Shown here one piece after another: positions 19,508-28,785 of a stretch of 64,000 nt of DNA; position 1 is the first letter of the stretch; each line of letters starts with the position of its first letter. Source of the DNA: Candidatus Chisholmbacteria bacterium RIFCSPHIGHO2_01_FULL_52_32 (GTDB taxonomy: Bacteria; Patescibacteriota; Microgenomatia; UBA1400; Chisholmbacteraceae); assembly GCA_001816585.1 (NCBI GenBank), contig MHCJ01000006.1:64040-128039 (forward strand), in the 5' to 3' direction. The notes under the pieces are model-generated. The model had not been told where the DNA came from. It did not search any database and was given only the letters and a program-made list of their open reading frames with translations. The position numbers and the translations under genes were made by a program.

Positions 19508-20740
19508 TTATGGAAGCGAGATGCGATTCTCCAACACCACAATCAACCCGTCCGCAACCAACCCGAAAAGAAGCTTCCGTAATCGTTTCTTGTCCGAAAA
19601 TTGATATTGCTTTGCCATCACCGCAGATAATTTCTTTTCTGAAACAGAGCCTTTCCGTACCATATCCACAATCCTCCCCCGAAAATAACGATCCGTCTCC
19701 TCAAATCTCACTCTCTTTTCTCTTAAAGTGTTAACTTTTATGTTGTCGTTTTGCGCTTCATTAGGAGTTTGGTTCCGATACCACATACACAGACCCCTCA
19801 CAGGACACGCTTCGCATTTCGGCCTCCGGCTCACGCACACCATCGCCCCAAAATCCATCATCGCCTGATTCCACACATCTCCCTTCCCTCTCGGAACAAC
19901 AGCATCAGCAAACAAGAGAAGGTCATTCTCAGAAAAATGATCAGTCATATTCCCCTTTGGAGCTAACGCAGTTGAATTCTTCCCCCTTTGAACGCAGCTA
20001 GCCAAGATAAACCGAGCGAATTCCTCTGGAAAGTCATCAACTGTCTGACGAGCCTTTACGGCGAAGGAGTTGGATGACAGAGATGAGCGAGGCAATATCC
20101 TGGCAGACCGTTCATGGGGCACTCTTTCTTCGCCCATTCTTTGAGTGCGCAAAGAATGGGCAGATTCTTTTTGGCTAAGAAGCGTATTTGCTTCTTTTAT
20201 ATTGTTCACTCCCAAAAACACCCTCAATAGCACCCGCTTTGTGTTTATATCCAAAACCCCAACATCCTCCCCATACGCAAATGCCAGTATCGCCCTCGCG
20301 GTATATCGCCCTACCCCAGGAAGCCGCAACAGCTCCTCTTCGCTTCTCGGAAACTCCCCGTCAAACTCGGAAACGATTCTCTTGGCCGCTTTATGTAAAT
20401 AAACTCCCCGTCGGTTATACCCCAGTCCTCCCCATGCTCGGATGAGATCCGAAAGCTTCGCTCTTGCCAATCTCCGAACCGTAGGCCATCGCCGCATCCA
20501 CCGCCGGTAATAAGGAATAACACGCTCCACCTGGGTCTGCTGCAACATCACCTCGGAAACAAGAATCCGATAAGGATCGCGAATCGTCTGGGAGATAAAG
20601 CCTCGTCCCTCCCTCCACGGAAAACCTCTCTTGTGTTTTCGAAACCATAAAAGAATCGTCTGCTGGAAATGGCGCTTTTCTGGAAAAGATAATACAAAAC
20701 GTTCACGAAGATTCAGCACGTAAGGAGTATAGCACTCCAA
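19508..20740 (-). CDS. mutY: A/G-specific adenine DNA glycosylase MutY (HhH-GPD + 4Fe-4S + NUDIX-like C-terminus) carrying an in-frame ~73-aa insertion
   Basis: HhH-GPD motifs LPGVGRYTARAIL, VLDINTKRVL; Fe-S loop CVSRRPKCEACPVRGLC; residues ~191-263 derive from the repeat element. Confidence 0.8.
   Translation of the reverse strand: MECYTPYVLNLRERFVLSFPEKRHFQQTILLWFRKHKRGFPWREGRGFISQTIRDPYRILVSEVMLQQTQVERVIPYYRRWMRRWPTVRRLARAKLSDLIRAWGGLGYNRRGVYLHKAAKRIVSEFDGEFPRSEEELLRLPGVGRYTARAILAFAYGEDVGVLDINTKRVLLRVFLGVNNIKEANTLLSQKESAHSLRTQRMGEERVPHERSARILPRSSLSSNSFAVKARQTVDDFPEEFARFILASCVQRGKNSTALAPKGNMTDHFSENDLLLFADAVVPRGKGDVWNQAMMDFGAMVCVSRRPKCEACPVRGLCMWYRNQTPNEAQNDNIKVNTLREKRVRFEETDRYFRGRIVDMVRKGSVSEKKLSAVMAKQYQFSDKKRLRKLLFGLVADGLIVVLENRISLP
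19952..20183 (+). repeat. Copy A of a ~220-240-nt structured repeat element (double CCCCTTTGAACGCA box, conserved core, terminal perfect hairpin + T-run)
   Basis: Aligns with 28160..28400 in the same orientation; terminal hairpin CCCATTCTTTG-agtgcg-CAAAGAATGGG then CAGATTCTTTTTGG. Confidence 0.7.
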
Positions 20741-20743
20741 AGT

Positions 20744-21493
20744 CTACCAGGCTTCCTCTTGGATACTCCTTAAGGAAGATTTGCTCTCCTCGCAAAAATC
20801 CAAGGGAATATTCTCAAACTGGAACCGTCTATTCCCGTACACCTCCACCCGCTCCGCCATCACACAATCCGGACGATCCACATGCTCAAGCCCTAAAAGG
20901 TGCCCAAATTCATGCCGCAGTGTTGACTCCTCAATCAAAGCACGCACCGAAGACCGCTCGGAAAGGCCCCAAATGGAATCCTTAAAAATAAAGATCACAT
21001 CACCCGAGAGCGTCAGCCCTGTATTCGAAGGGAACGACGACGATCGGGAAACGTAAAGAATATGAAGATAGCTCCCGTCTCCGTGCGGGGCGAGGTTCCG
21101 TGTGTTTCGCTCAAGTGCTCGCAATGCCTTATCCGAGAACTCTTCAATATCCTCAATCCTATTCTCCTCCGAAACCTCTACCTCAACCTCGTTCCTCCCT
21201 AAAGTGTCAAAGGCCAAATCACTCATCCAAGATTCAATCTCGGTATGAGAGGATCGATGCATCTGGTAATCGACTTCAATAAAGAGCTTCGTTCTTTGAG
21301 GGGAAAAATAGACAAAACGATTATCTCCGGGCCGATCAAGGAAAAAAAGTTTCCGTAACAGTTGGGAATGAAGAAAGACAGATCGATACTGCTGGTTGAT
21401 CGCGTTCGTAGGCGGAGCGATCCGAAACCGCTGCAGCAGAAAAACATAGAGCAAAGCAGCAATGACAAACAGCAGCGTAAATACTTTTGACAT
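20744..21493 (-). CDS. membrane-anchored metzincin-type zinc metalloprotease
   Basis: HEFGHLLGLEH (HExxHxxGxxH) zinc-binding signature; N-terminal TM helix. Confidence 0.6.
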   Translation of the reverse strand: MSKVFTLLFVIAALLYVFLLQRFRIAPPTNAINQQYRSVFLHSQLLRKLFFLDRPGDNRFVYFSPQRTKLFIEVDYQMHRSSHTEIESWMSDLAFDTLGRNEVEVEVSEENRIEDIEEFSDKALRALERNTRNLAPHGDGSYLHILYVSRSSSFPSNTGLTLSGDVIFIFKDSIWGLSERSSVRALIEESTLRHEFGHLLGLEHVDRPDCVMAERVEVYGNRRFQFENIPLDFCEESKSSLRSIQEEAW

Positions 21494-21508
21494 GGACTTT
21501 ACATCTGT

Positions 21509-22882
21509 CTATTGGGAAAAGTCGGAGAGCTTCCGATGAACAACGGGGGGCACAACGTACGACTCGACCAACCCCTTCGTATTCAGAACCCTCAATTGTT
21601 CAAACAGAAATCCGAACCGCTCCGCCAAACTTCCGCGCATATCCGCCCGCGCGTCTTTATCAATACTCCAACACTCCTTCTTGAATGGCCCCCAGGCTTT
21701 CTTACGCAATTTGTAATGGAACTGTTCATCCGTCTGTCCATCCTTCCGTTCACCCGAAAGGTTCTCATCAACCCATGTATACATTTTCTCCAAGAGCTCT
21801 GCAGGAAATCGCGGATGATCCAAGGTGAGATTTTGAAATCCTGTGGAAAGATGAATCTCTAAAGTCCCTGCCTCAACAAACTTCCCGAACAGTTCGTTGG
21901 GCAGGGTGCTTGCCCCATGCTGCACCGCCCCGGCAAGACTGTACTCCTCTCGCGCCAGCTTCGAAAGTCGCTTAAGAGTTTCAAAATCAACCGCAACTTG
22001 CTCAATCGTCCCGTCCGGTAAAACCACACCGCCATGACTTGTCCCGGTTTGAACGGAAAGCTTCGAAAGTCCCACGAATCGTCCGCCTCGTGCTCCCTCG
22101 TACCCCTCCATAAATGCCGAGAGCTCTTCCTCCGTACTGTTATGACCCCCGACCTCCCCGATCTCCCCACCCAAAGAAATCGTAATACCCATAGGCTCTA
22201 AAGAGCGGGCGTGCTCGGAGAGCCCCGCACACATGGAAAAATTCGGTCGCTGCTGGTCCGAAGCCTTCTCCTTCGTAAGATCAACTAAGGTCGAAGTATC
22301 AATATCGATGTTGTACATCCCCGCACCGACAGCTTGAATGATAAGCGCCCGCAGCCCCTCTTCTTCCCTCTCCTTCGCAACTCCCGGCGCCTTTGCCTTG
22401 GCTTGAAAATGATCCCCCTGCAGAAAAACCGGTCCCCGATACCCCTCCCGCAATGCCGCGGCCAGCAACACCGTAACGTACTCGGATGGTGACTGGTCGG
22501 TGTATTCCATCTCGCTTCGCGCCAGCTCCAAAACAAAGGCCCCAACGCCAAGTCCGACTACCTTGGAAAAAAGTGACCGCGCCACATCGTAAGTCATCCC
22601 GCGAATATTAATCGCGGGAACGGTAAACGTCGCCGGAACCTCGCCCTTCCCGCGCGCAACATAGAAGTCATAAATCGAAGCCGGCCGTACCCCAACCTGC
22701 TGTCCGACTTCCCAAATGATCCACCGCGCAGCCGCTTTCTCCTCTTGATTTCCAAACGCAGCCGTCCATATCAACCGGTCCATCAAAGGAGACTGCAAAA
22801 CCCCAGTCTCCAAAACCTCAACTGCTTCCTCAGAAACACGAATAGCATCACCGAGAATGGAAAGGGTCGATTGTGCAATCAT
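21509..22882 (-). CDS. fba: class II fructose-bisphosphate aldolase (long form)
   Basis: VPAINIRG, LQGDH, SHGG...QHGASTLP motifs resembling class II FBA zinc/substrate sites; 457 aa. Confidence 0.6.
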   Translation of the reverse strand: MIAQSTLSILGDAIRVSEEAVEVLETGVLQSPLMDRLIWTAAFGNQEEKAAARWIIWEVGQQVGVRPASIYDFYVARGKGEVPATFTVPAINIRGMTYDVARSLFSKVVGLGVGAFVLELARSEMEYTDQSPSEYVTVLLAAALREGYRGPVFLQGDHFQAKAKAPGVAKEREEEGLRALIIQAVGAGMYNIDIDTSTLVDLTKEKASDQQRPNFSMCAGLSEHARSLEPMGITISLGGEIGEVGGHNSTEEELSAFMEGYEGARGGRFVGLSKLSVQTGTSHGGVVLPDGTIEQVAVDFETLKRLSKLAREEYSLAGAVQHGASTLPNELFGKFVEAGTLEIHLSTGFQNLTLDHPRFPAELLEKMYTWVDENLSGERKDGQTDEQFHYKLRKKAWGPFKKECWSIDKDARADMRGSLAERFGFLFEQLRVLNTKGLVESYVVPPVVHRKLSDFSQ

Positions 22883-22975
22883 AAGAAACCCACTTCAATT
22901 GTAAACTCATCTTACTCCAAATTGCATCTAAAATAGCGTGCAATACCCCAGAACACCAGATGTGCGATATGGCTG
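22883..22975 (-). promoter_or_regulatory. conserved upstream leader/promoter motif (copy 1) shared with 30774..30900
   Basis: ~55-nt block GGGGTATTGCAC...ATGCAA(A/T)T...GATGAGTTTA(C/T)AAT immediately 5' of fba start, nearly identical to block 5' of gene 30141..30773. Confidence 0.5.
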
Positions 22976-23070
22976 AATAAGCCTACAAAGCGCACATTCT
23001 GGTGTGAAAGGGGTGTACATTGGAATTGTGATGTCGACCAAATGAAAGGGAATGCAAGAAGAAAAATACC

Positions 23071-23472
23071 CTACTCTTCTTTGGAGAGCTCCTTATCAAT
23101 TTCCGTCATTTCCTGATCAATCCCGTCAAACGAGGTGCTCGAGAGGTCTGACTCAATTGCCGAAACTTCATCGGAAGCGGATTGCTGACCGTACTCGGTA
23201 GTCATTGTATCCTCCTGAGTTACCGGGGGTGTTTCAGACCCTTGCCCGACTTCTGACTTCCCTGCTCGACGCGAGGAGAGAAACCCCGCCACCACCGCCC
23301 CAATGGCCAATACCAAAACGAGCGCAACGATAAGACCGATCCGTCTCCCTCCTCCCTCTGCTGCAGGGGAAGGGGCCGGTGCGGGTGGAGTCACCACCGC
23401 TTCCGGTTGGCTCGGCTGTGCCGCTTCGGGCGCTGGTTGTTCTGCTGGTTCCATCGGTGTCTCTTCTGCCAT
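23071..23472 (-). CDS. hypothetical Pro/Ala-rich membrane-anchored protein
   Basis: Low-complexity PAPEAAQP N-terminus, single TM (IGLIVALVLVLAIGAVVAGF), acidic C-terminus. Confidence 0.45.
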   Translation of the reverse strand: MAEETPMEPAEQPAPEAAQPSQPEAVVTPPAPAPSPAAEGGGRRIGLIVALVLVLAIGAVVAGFLSSRRAGKSEVGQGSETPPVTQEDTMTTEYGQQSASDEVSAIESDLSSTSFDGIDQEMTEIDKELSKEE

Positions 23473-23491
23473 AGTTCTCCTTCGTTAATCG

Positions 23492-24190
23492 TTAAGGGGT
23501 AGGGGTTGCGGAAGGGGTTGACATCGGAGTGGCCGACGGCGTTCCCTCCTCCACTTCTGTCTGGAATCCCTTCATTGCCACGATAATACGAACCAATTTT
23601 TGATGGATTTTCTTCAGCTCATCCCGTGTCTCTTTGACGGTCTCCCGCACTTCCTCAAAGGCCTCCTTCGGATCTTCGGAAGCCAGGGCTTCCTCAAGTT
23701 TCGTATCCAATCCCGAAAGCAAGCCTTCGGAAAGAACGATCTCCTCTTTCGCCTCGGCCAAATCCTCACGGAGGCTCGAAACGTCTATCCCCAAAGCCTC
23801 CATCTTATCAAGCCGTGATTCAATCCGGTCTGCCAACCGCTTCATCCGCGCCACTGCTGCTTGGAAACGCTTCAGCATCAGCCCGAAAAATTTTCGGATG
23901 AACTCCTTCCGTCGCTCTGCCAGCCGGCGTTTGACCTCCGCCACTCTGGTTGCAATGTTCTCCTTCCGTAGTTCAATCCGATTCTGAATTTCCGTTTTCC
24001 TCTGTTCGAGCTTCTCCTGAATCGCCGCCTTCCGTTCCTCCCAACTCATTCGCCCCGTTGCCGAATCGGTAGCAGACCTTGCCGTATTCACCAAACCCAA
24101 AGGCTTCGCCAGGACACTTGAGCTGCCAACACTTGAAACCAGGAGGAAAACTGCAAGGAGTACTCGAACCCCAAAACGCATACTCTTCAT
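23492..24190 (-). CDS. hypothetical secreted coiled-coil protein
   Basis: Signal peptide MKSMRFGVRVLLAVFLLVSSVGSSSVLA; Lys/Glu/Arg-rich heptad region; C-terminal TP-rich tail. Confidence 0.5.
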   Translation of the reverse strand: MKSMRFGVRVLLAVFLLVSSVGSSSVLAKPLGLVNTARSATDSATGRMSWEERKAAIQEKLEQRKTEIQNRIELRKENIATRVAEVKRRLAERRKEFIRKFFGLMLKRFQAAVARMKRLADRIESRLDKMEALGIDVSSLREDLAEAKEEIVLSEGLLSGLDTKLEEALASEDPKEAFEEVRETVKETRDELKKIHQKLVRIIVAMKGFQTEVEEGTPSATPMSTPSATPTP

Positions 24191-24267
24191 ACTACCGACT
24201 CCCCACCCACCTTGTCAACCCAAGAGCTGAAAGCTCCTAGGCAACCCCATTAACGGAGCCAACCAAA

Positions 24268-24292
24268 AAACCGCGTTTAGCGCGCGGTTAAA
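24268..24292 (-). terminator. rho-independent terminator downstream of 24339..24647
   Basis: CCGCGCGC-taaa-CGCGG hairpin followed by TTTTTTGG on minus strand. Confidence 0.55.
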
Positions 24293-24338
24293 CAGTTAAA
24301 CAATACAGCAATGGAACAATTGAATGAGTCTTTACCTG

Positions 24339-24647
24339 CTACTCCCCCGCCGCCCGCTTCGTTCTCTCCTCAACCTCATCAACTTTCGCCAGAAGTTTGG
24401 ACAGAACTGTCGTAACCAAACCCCCTCCCTCCTCCGGAACCTTCTTTGTTGTAACGATCTCGTCCGCTGTCTCAAATTGCGCATCGATCATCAGCTGCCT
24501 GAGCAAATTGAGCTTAAGCTCCAGGAGTTCCGACGGCAACATCTGTGACAGCCGCGCCTTCCACCGGCCTTTCTCCGCATCGGTCAATCCGGATATCTCT
24601 ATAAGCTGCTTTATTTCCTCAAGCTGTTTATCGGAAGTCAAAATCAC
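24339..24647 (-). CDS. hypothetical protein (102 aa)
   Basis: ORF only; followed by terminator. Confidence 0.45.
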   Translation of the reverse strand: MILTSDKQLEEIKQLIEISGLTDAEKGRWKARLSQMLPSELLELKLNLLRQLMIDAQFETADEIVTTKKVPEEGGGLVTTVLSKLLAKVDEVEERTKRAAGE

Positions 24648-24671
24648 AAGCCCTCCACCTTAAGGAGTGAG

Positions 24672-26345
24672 TTATTCAGCCGGCTTCAGCGCCTCTGCCG
24701 CCTGCTTCTCAAATTCTTTCGGGATCTTCTTCAGCTCATCCCACATGTTCATCAGAAAATACAACAAGTACATCGTTCGTAAGCTCTTTCGCTTCTCTCC
24801 CTTGATCTTCTTGTCAATTCCCGCGTCAAGCGCTTTATTGAGAGCCTCCCGCAGCTGCTCGTCAGTTGCACTCTTTAGCGTATCTTCCGGGATACCTCTC
24901 CGCTTCAACTCCTCCCGAAACACATTGTAAAAAACCTTCCGCACACCCCTATCCTTCCCCGCAATCTCCGCCGCCAAATCTTGGATCGACATCTCTCCAC
25001 TAGTGACTTTCTCCAATTTCTCCTGTATCTCTGAATAACTCTTCCCCACAAATTCAAGAAGTCCTGACTGGAGCCTTTTTTCCTCATGAGTCAATTCCCG
25101 CTTTTCAGCCTCCGCTGCCGCTTTCGGTGCCTCGGCTCTGGCTTTCGGAACTTCTGCTTTTTCGGTCGGCGCCGGCGCTTGGGCACGAGCAGCCTCAGCT
25201 TCAAGAGCTTTTAGTTGATCTGCCACCCTCCCACGCTCTTTACCCAATCTTTCCCAACGATCCCATTCATCCTCGGCCACAGCCGAATCATTCATGTCTT
25301 GATCCAACTGTACAAGTCGTGCTTCCAATTCCTCTTTCTTGGTCCTCGGCCGAGCTTCCTGCCCAGGTGTAACTTCTGCTGTCTCTGCTGCTGGCTGTGG
25401 GGCCTCCGCTTCCGGAACCGGTGCTTTCCCCGGCTCCCCGGAAACTGCATCTTCCCACTCCTCCTGCAACCGGGAAGAAACGTCTGCCTCAAGTTCCTGT
25501 CGTGCCTCAGCAACCTGAACCGACATCATAAGCAGGGGGTCTGCCCCCTCCTTCTCCATCGCCAAGCGGGCGGTCGAATGCACCTCCCGCGGACGAAATC
25601 CCACCACACCAAAACCAAGCCTCCGTTCGATCTCATTCCCGATCATCCGCTTCAAAGTTCCGTCAATCGGGCCTGCTCCGGAGGCCCTTTCAATAAACCC
25701 CATGGCGCGCTCTTGGAAACTCACTTCCCCGGAAAGTGCTCCATCGAGGTGATCTAAATGCCGATTAAGGGTCTTTCGCTTATGAAGGACAACCTCCACG
25801 TTACGTCGCTGTTCAGAAGCCATATTCCCAAGAGCGGCATCCAATCCATTTTTCCCTTGGGTGTATCCCTCACCATCCCGGCTCAACTCGATCATCCGGA
25901 CGTACTTCCCAATCTCTTCGGGAAGATCTCCAGCGTTTCTCTGAAGGAGAAAACCGACCCCGAACAAACGCGCTTTAATATCCTTTTGCCCGGAATGCTC
26001 CCGCCCGACGCCGCTTGACAGAACATCAACCTGCTCCCGAAGTTTTTCAGCATTGGGGTGATTCGGATTTTGTAAAAGCTCTGCCTGAATCTCTTCGGCT
26101 TCACCGACCAAAAGCGAGTCAACCTGATCAATCACCTTGTAATCCACCTGTGCGGGGGCCCCTGTTTCAAAGCGGGCAATGTGCCGCGGTTCAGTAGCGG
26201 TCTCAGCAGAAGACCCTGTCCCCTGCGCCATTCGCTTCCGGGCCGCAAACAAATGCTCGCTCACTCGCGGCTTCTTGGGCTTGCTGACACCTGTTTCTGT
26301 GACTTCCTGATCTTCTCCCATATTCCTGAAGGATAATTGTACCAT
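24672..26345 (-). CDS. hypothetical large protein with central coiled-coil/Ala-Pro-Glu-rich region
   Basis: 557-aa ORF, no recognisable catalytic motifs. Confidence 0.5.
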   Translation of the reverse strand: MVQLSFRNMGEDQEVTETGVSKPKKPRVSEHLFAARKRMAQGTGSSAETATEPRHIARFETGAPAQVDYKVIDQVDSLLVGEAEEIQAELLQNPNHPNAEKLREQVDVLSSGVGREHSGQKDIKARLFGVGFLLQRNAGDLPEEIGKYVRMIELSRDGEGYTQGKNGLDAALGNMASEQRRNVEVVLHKRKTLNRHLDHLDGALSGEVSFQERAMGFIERASGAGPIDGTLKRMIGNEIERRLGFGVVGFRPREVHSTARLAMEKEGADPLLMMSVQVAEARQELEADVSSRLQEEWEDAVSGEPGKAPVPEAEAPQPAAETAEVTPGQEARPRTKKEELEARLVQLDQDMNDSAVAEDEWDRWERLGKERGRVADQLKALEAEAARAQAPAPTEKAEVPKARAEAPKAAAEAEKRELTHEEKRLQSGLLEFVGKSYSEIQEKLEKVTSGEMSIQDLAAEIAGKDRGVRKVFYNVFREELKRRGIPEDTLKSATDEQLREALNKALDAGIDKKIKGEKRKSLRTMYLLYFLMNMWDELKKIPKEFEKQAAEALKPAE

Positions 26346-26404
26346 CCCTGGAGGCAGGAATCAAAACCCATAACAAATCTGTCGGCTCATGCTACAATGG
26401 AACC

Positions 26405-27100
26405 ATGTCGCTCCCAGTCTTGGAAAAGATCTTCGGAAGAAGTGAAGCCCACCCCGACCAAGAGCTTGCCCGCCGCCTTGAAAAACTCCTCCGCTCAATC
26501 GAAAAACCGCGGATCGCCCACCCCTCGAATTTCTGGATCGGAAGGGAAGTCCAAAAAACAACCGCACCGATCCTTCTGACCATCCCGTTTGAGGAAAAGG
26601 GGGAATTCGCCGTCGTCTGGGCCCAAAACCGGGCCCCCTACGGCCTGATGCTGTTCGCCAAAAGCCAATGGCCTGTCGTTGACTACGACCTCTGGGCCTA
26701 TACCAGAAGTAAGTACAGGGGCCATAACATTTCAAAGCTCACCCTCGCCGAAGGCATCCGCCAGCTTGCCATCGAAGGAAGAGACAGAGTACTGACCGCC
26801 GAGATCCTCATCGAAAATGAACGGACGCGCCAAGGCGCGGTCCGCTGGCTAAAAGTCCTGGGCTTTATCGCCTCGCAAGATAAAGCAGAGGAAAGCTATA
26901 AACGCATCTTCATGGCCGCCTACACGAAAGAAGTACTCAAGACAGCGCTCGCCACTCTCCCGGAACCCTACCAGCGTCCGGAAAAGAAAATGTCTCCCCT
27001 TCCTCCCGACCTCTTGACAGCCTTCGTCGGCCCCCTCACTGAAAGCTTCAACCAAGGCGGGAAAGCCCTGCTCGACCGCCGCCGCTCCGCGCCAGCATGA
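26405..27100 (+). CDS. hypothetical protein (231 aa)
   Basis: ORF only; 4-nt overlap with downstream acyltransferase gene. Confidence 0.5.
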   Translation: MSLPVLEKIFGRSEAHPDQELARRLEKLLRSIEKPRIAHPSNFWIGREVQKTTAPILLTIPFEEKGEFAVVWAQNRAPYGLMLFAKSQWPVVDYDLWAYTRSKYRGHNISKLTLAEGIRQLAIEGRDRVLTAEILIENERTRQGAVRWLKVLGFIASQDKAEESYKRIFMAAYTKEVLKTALATLPEPYQRPEKKMSPLPPDLLTAFVGPLTESFNQGGKALLDRRRSAPA

Positions 27101-28146
27101 ACCCAAAAAGGATTTCCCGCGACCAGCGAATCGACATCCTCCGCATCCTCGCTGCATCTTGGGTCGTCCTTTTTCACTGGTGGGCAGCAATCTGGGGCTA
27201 TCCATCCGTCTTTCCCCAGTCACTCTCCCAATTCCTAAAGAACATTTCACAATTTCCCTTCGGCCCGTTCTATACCCTTTCCGTCCTCGGCGACAACGCC
27301 GTACCGCTGTTTATCGCAATTGCAGCCTACTGTCTCGCAAAAAAACAAAGGGTGGGCTGGGGCTGGATCCCGGATCGCCTCAGGAAAATCCTCTTCCCCT
27401 ACTGGGTTGCCATCCTTATCTCCTTTCCGCTCCTTGCCCTCGCCTGGAAACTCAATCCGAGCCTAATGAAACTTGCCGAGGTCAGACCCCTTACACTTGA
27501 GGGAATTATTGCCGCAGCCCTCCTTCTCCAAAATAGCTTCAAAGCCACCTTCCTTGCTCCGATCCAAGCTTGGTGGTTTGTCCCTATCCTCGTTCATCTC
27601 TACCTCATCTATCCCTTACTTTCCCGGCTCCGAAGCAATCGCTCCGCCTTCCGGTTTCTAACCATTACCATCCTCCTCCAGCTTGCCTGGAATGGACTCA
27701 TCATCTCCCGCGTCCTCGCGACAAATGAGATCCCTCTCCTCCTCCGCTTCTCCGGCCCCTCCTACCTCGCACTCTTTGCTGTTGGAATGATCCTTGCCGA
27801 AGCCAAACGGCGCCCATCATGGCTGACCGGCGCCATCTTCTGGTTCGGCGGCATACTGCTTCGCTTCGCCACCAACAGGCTCTTTCTCTTCTCGGAAACC
27901 CTCATCGGAACCGGCCTGCTCTTGATCGGCCTTCCGCTTGCTGAGGCGCTCATCCGCCGTACCCCAATCCTTGCCGAAAAACTCTCAATCCTCGGGAAAA
28001 AACGAAGCTACCTCGTCTATCTCCTCCACCAACCGATCATCTATGTTCTCTTAATCTTTAGCCTCCCTTTCTTCAGTAAACCCCTGATCACGCTCCTCCC
28101 CTTCCTCGCGGCTGGACTCTGGGTAGCTATCAACGTCAAACGCTGA
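27097..28146 (+). CDS. acyltransferase family 3 (OafA/YrhL-like) integral membrane protein
   Basis: N-terminal RIDILRILAASWVVLFHWW motif (Acyl_transf_3), ~10 TM helices. Confidence 0.75.
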   Translation: MNPKRISRDQRIDILRILAASWVVLFHWWAAIWGYPSVFPQSLSQFLKNISQFPFGPFYTLSVLGDNAVPLFIAIAAYCLAKKQRVGWGWIPDRLRKILFPYWVAILISFPLLALAWKLNPSLMKLAEVRPLTLEGIIAAALLLQNSFKATFLAPIQAWWFVPILVHLYLIYPLLSRLRSNRSAFRFLTITILLQLAWNGLIISRVLATNEIPLLLRFSGPSYLALFAVGMILAEAKRRPSWLTGAIFWFGGILLRFATNRLFLFSETLIGTGLLLIGLPLAEALIRRTPILAEKLSILGKKRSYLVYLLHQPIIYVLLIFSLPFFSKPLITLLPFLAAGLWVAINVKR

Positions 28147-28159
28147 CATTCTCCCAATA

Positions 28160-28400
28160 CCCCTTTGAACGCAACCAACCAGACTAGCTTATTAGCTTGT
28201 AGCTTTCTCAGTTTCTAATTCCCCTTTGAACGCAGCTAGTCAAGATGAGCCGAGCGAATACTGCTAAGAAACGGCCACTGTTCGACGATCGCAGGACGCG
28301 AAGGAGTTTGGCAGTATGATATGAGCGAGGTGAAACCCTGACAGACCGTTCACTGGGGCACCCTTCTTTGGTTACTTTCTTGGGTGCGCAAGAAAGTAAC
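28160..28400 (+). repeat. Copy B of the ~220-240-nt structured repeat element
   Basis: Two CCCCTTTGAACGCA boxes, conserved core GACAGACCGTTCACTGGGGCACCC, terminal hairpin GTTACTTTCTTG-ggtgcg-CAAGAAAGTAAC (compensatory vs copy A). Confidence 0.7.
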
Positions 28401-28785
28401 GTTTATGCTCCTTCATCATGCACCGATCCATGACAACGGTGATCCCTGCCTTCCTCGCTCGCTTCGCCGCCTCTTCATGAATCACCCCTTCTTGCATCCA
28501 TATGACCGGCGCCTTGATCCGAATCGCCTGCTCCACAATCTCCGGCACAAACTCAGACCTGCGGAACACGTCAACCACATCCGGTTTCTCGGGAAGAGAT
28601 AATAAATCAGGGAAACTCTTCTCACCGAGCGTCTCAGAAATCATTGGGTTAACCGGATAAATCGTGTAGCCTACTCGCTGAAGGTAAGCCGCAACGATGA
28701 AACTGTAGCGCTCCGGCTTATCCGAAAGCCCCACAACCGCAATGATCCTGGCTGTTCTAAGAATCTTCGCTATAGACATCGGCAT
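28372..28785 (-). CDS. CoA-binding domain protein (YccU-like)
   Basis: IIAVVGLSDKPERYSF...YPVNP...DVVDVFRR CoA_binding_2 pattern; start set at internal Met (MPMSIAK). Confidence 0.7.
   Translation of the reverse strand: MPMSIAKILRTARIIAVVGLSDKPERYSFIVAAYLQRVGYTIYPVNPMISETLGEKSFPDLLSLPEKPDVVDVFRRSEFVPEIVEQAIRIKAPVIWMQEGVIHEEAAKRARKAGITVVMDRCMMKEHKRYFLAHPRK

Noticed and set aside
20041-20075. CUGACGAG...CGAAGG inside repeat copy A considered as a hammerhead ribozyme core
   Set aside because: CUGA box is not conserved in copy B, GAAG replaces the invariant GAAA, and no stem III/cleavage-site context.
19952-20183. Repeat copy A considered as a self-splicing intron in mutY
   Set aside because: Both copies share the same (plus) orientation while mutY is on the minus strand, so the element is antisense to the gene. 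The insertion is in frame without stops, more consistent with a translated MITE/RPE-like insertion.
25215-25757. 180-aa plus-strand ORF
   Set aside because: Antisense within the 557-aa minus-strand hypothetical gene; Cys/Pro/Leu-rich low-complexity translation typical of shadow frames.
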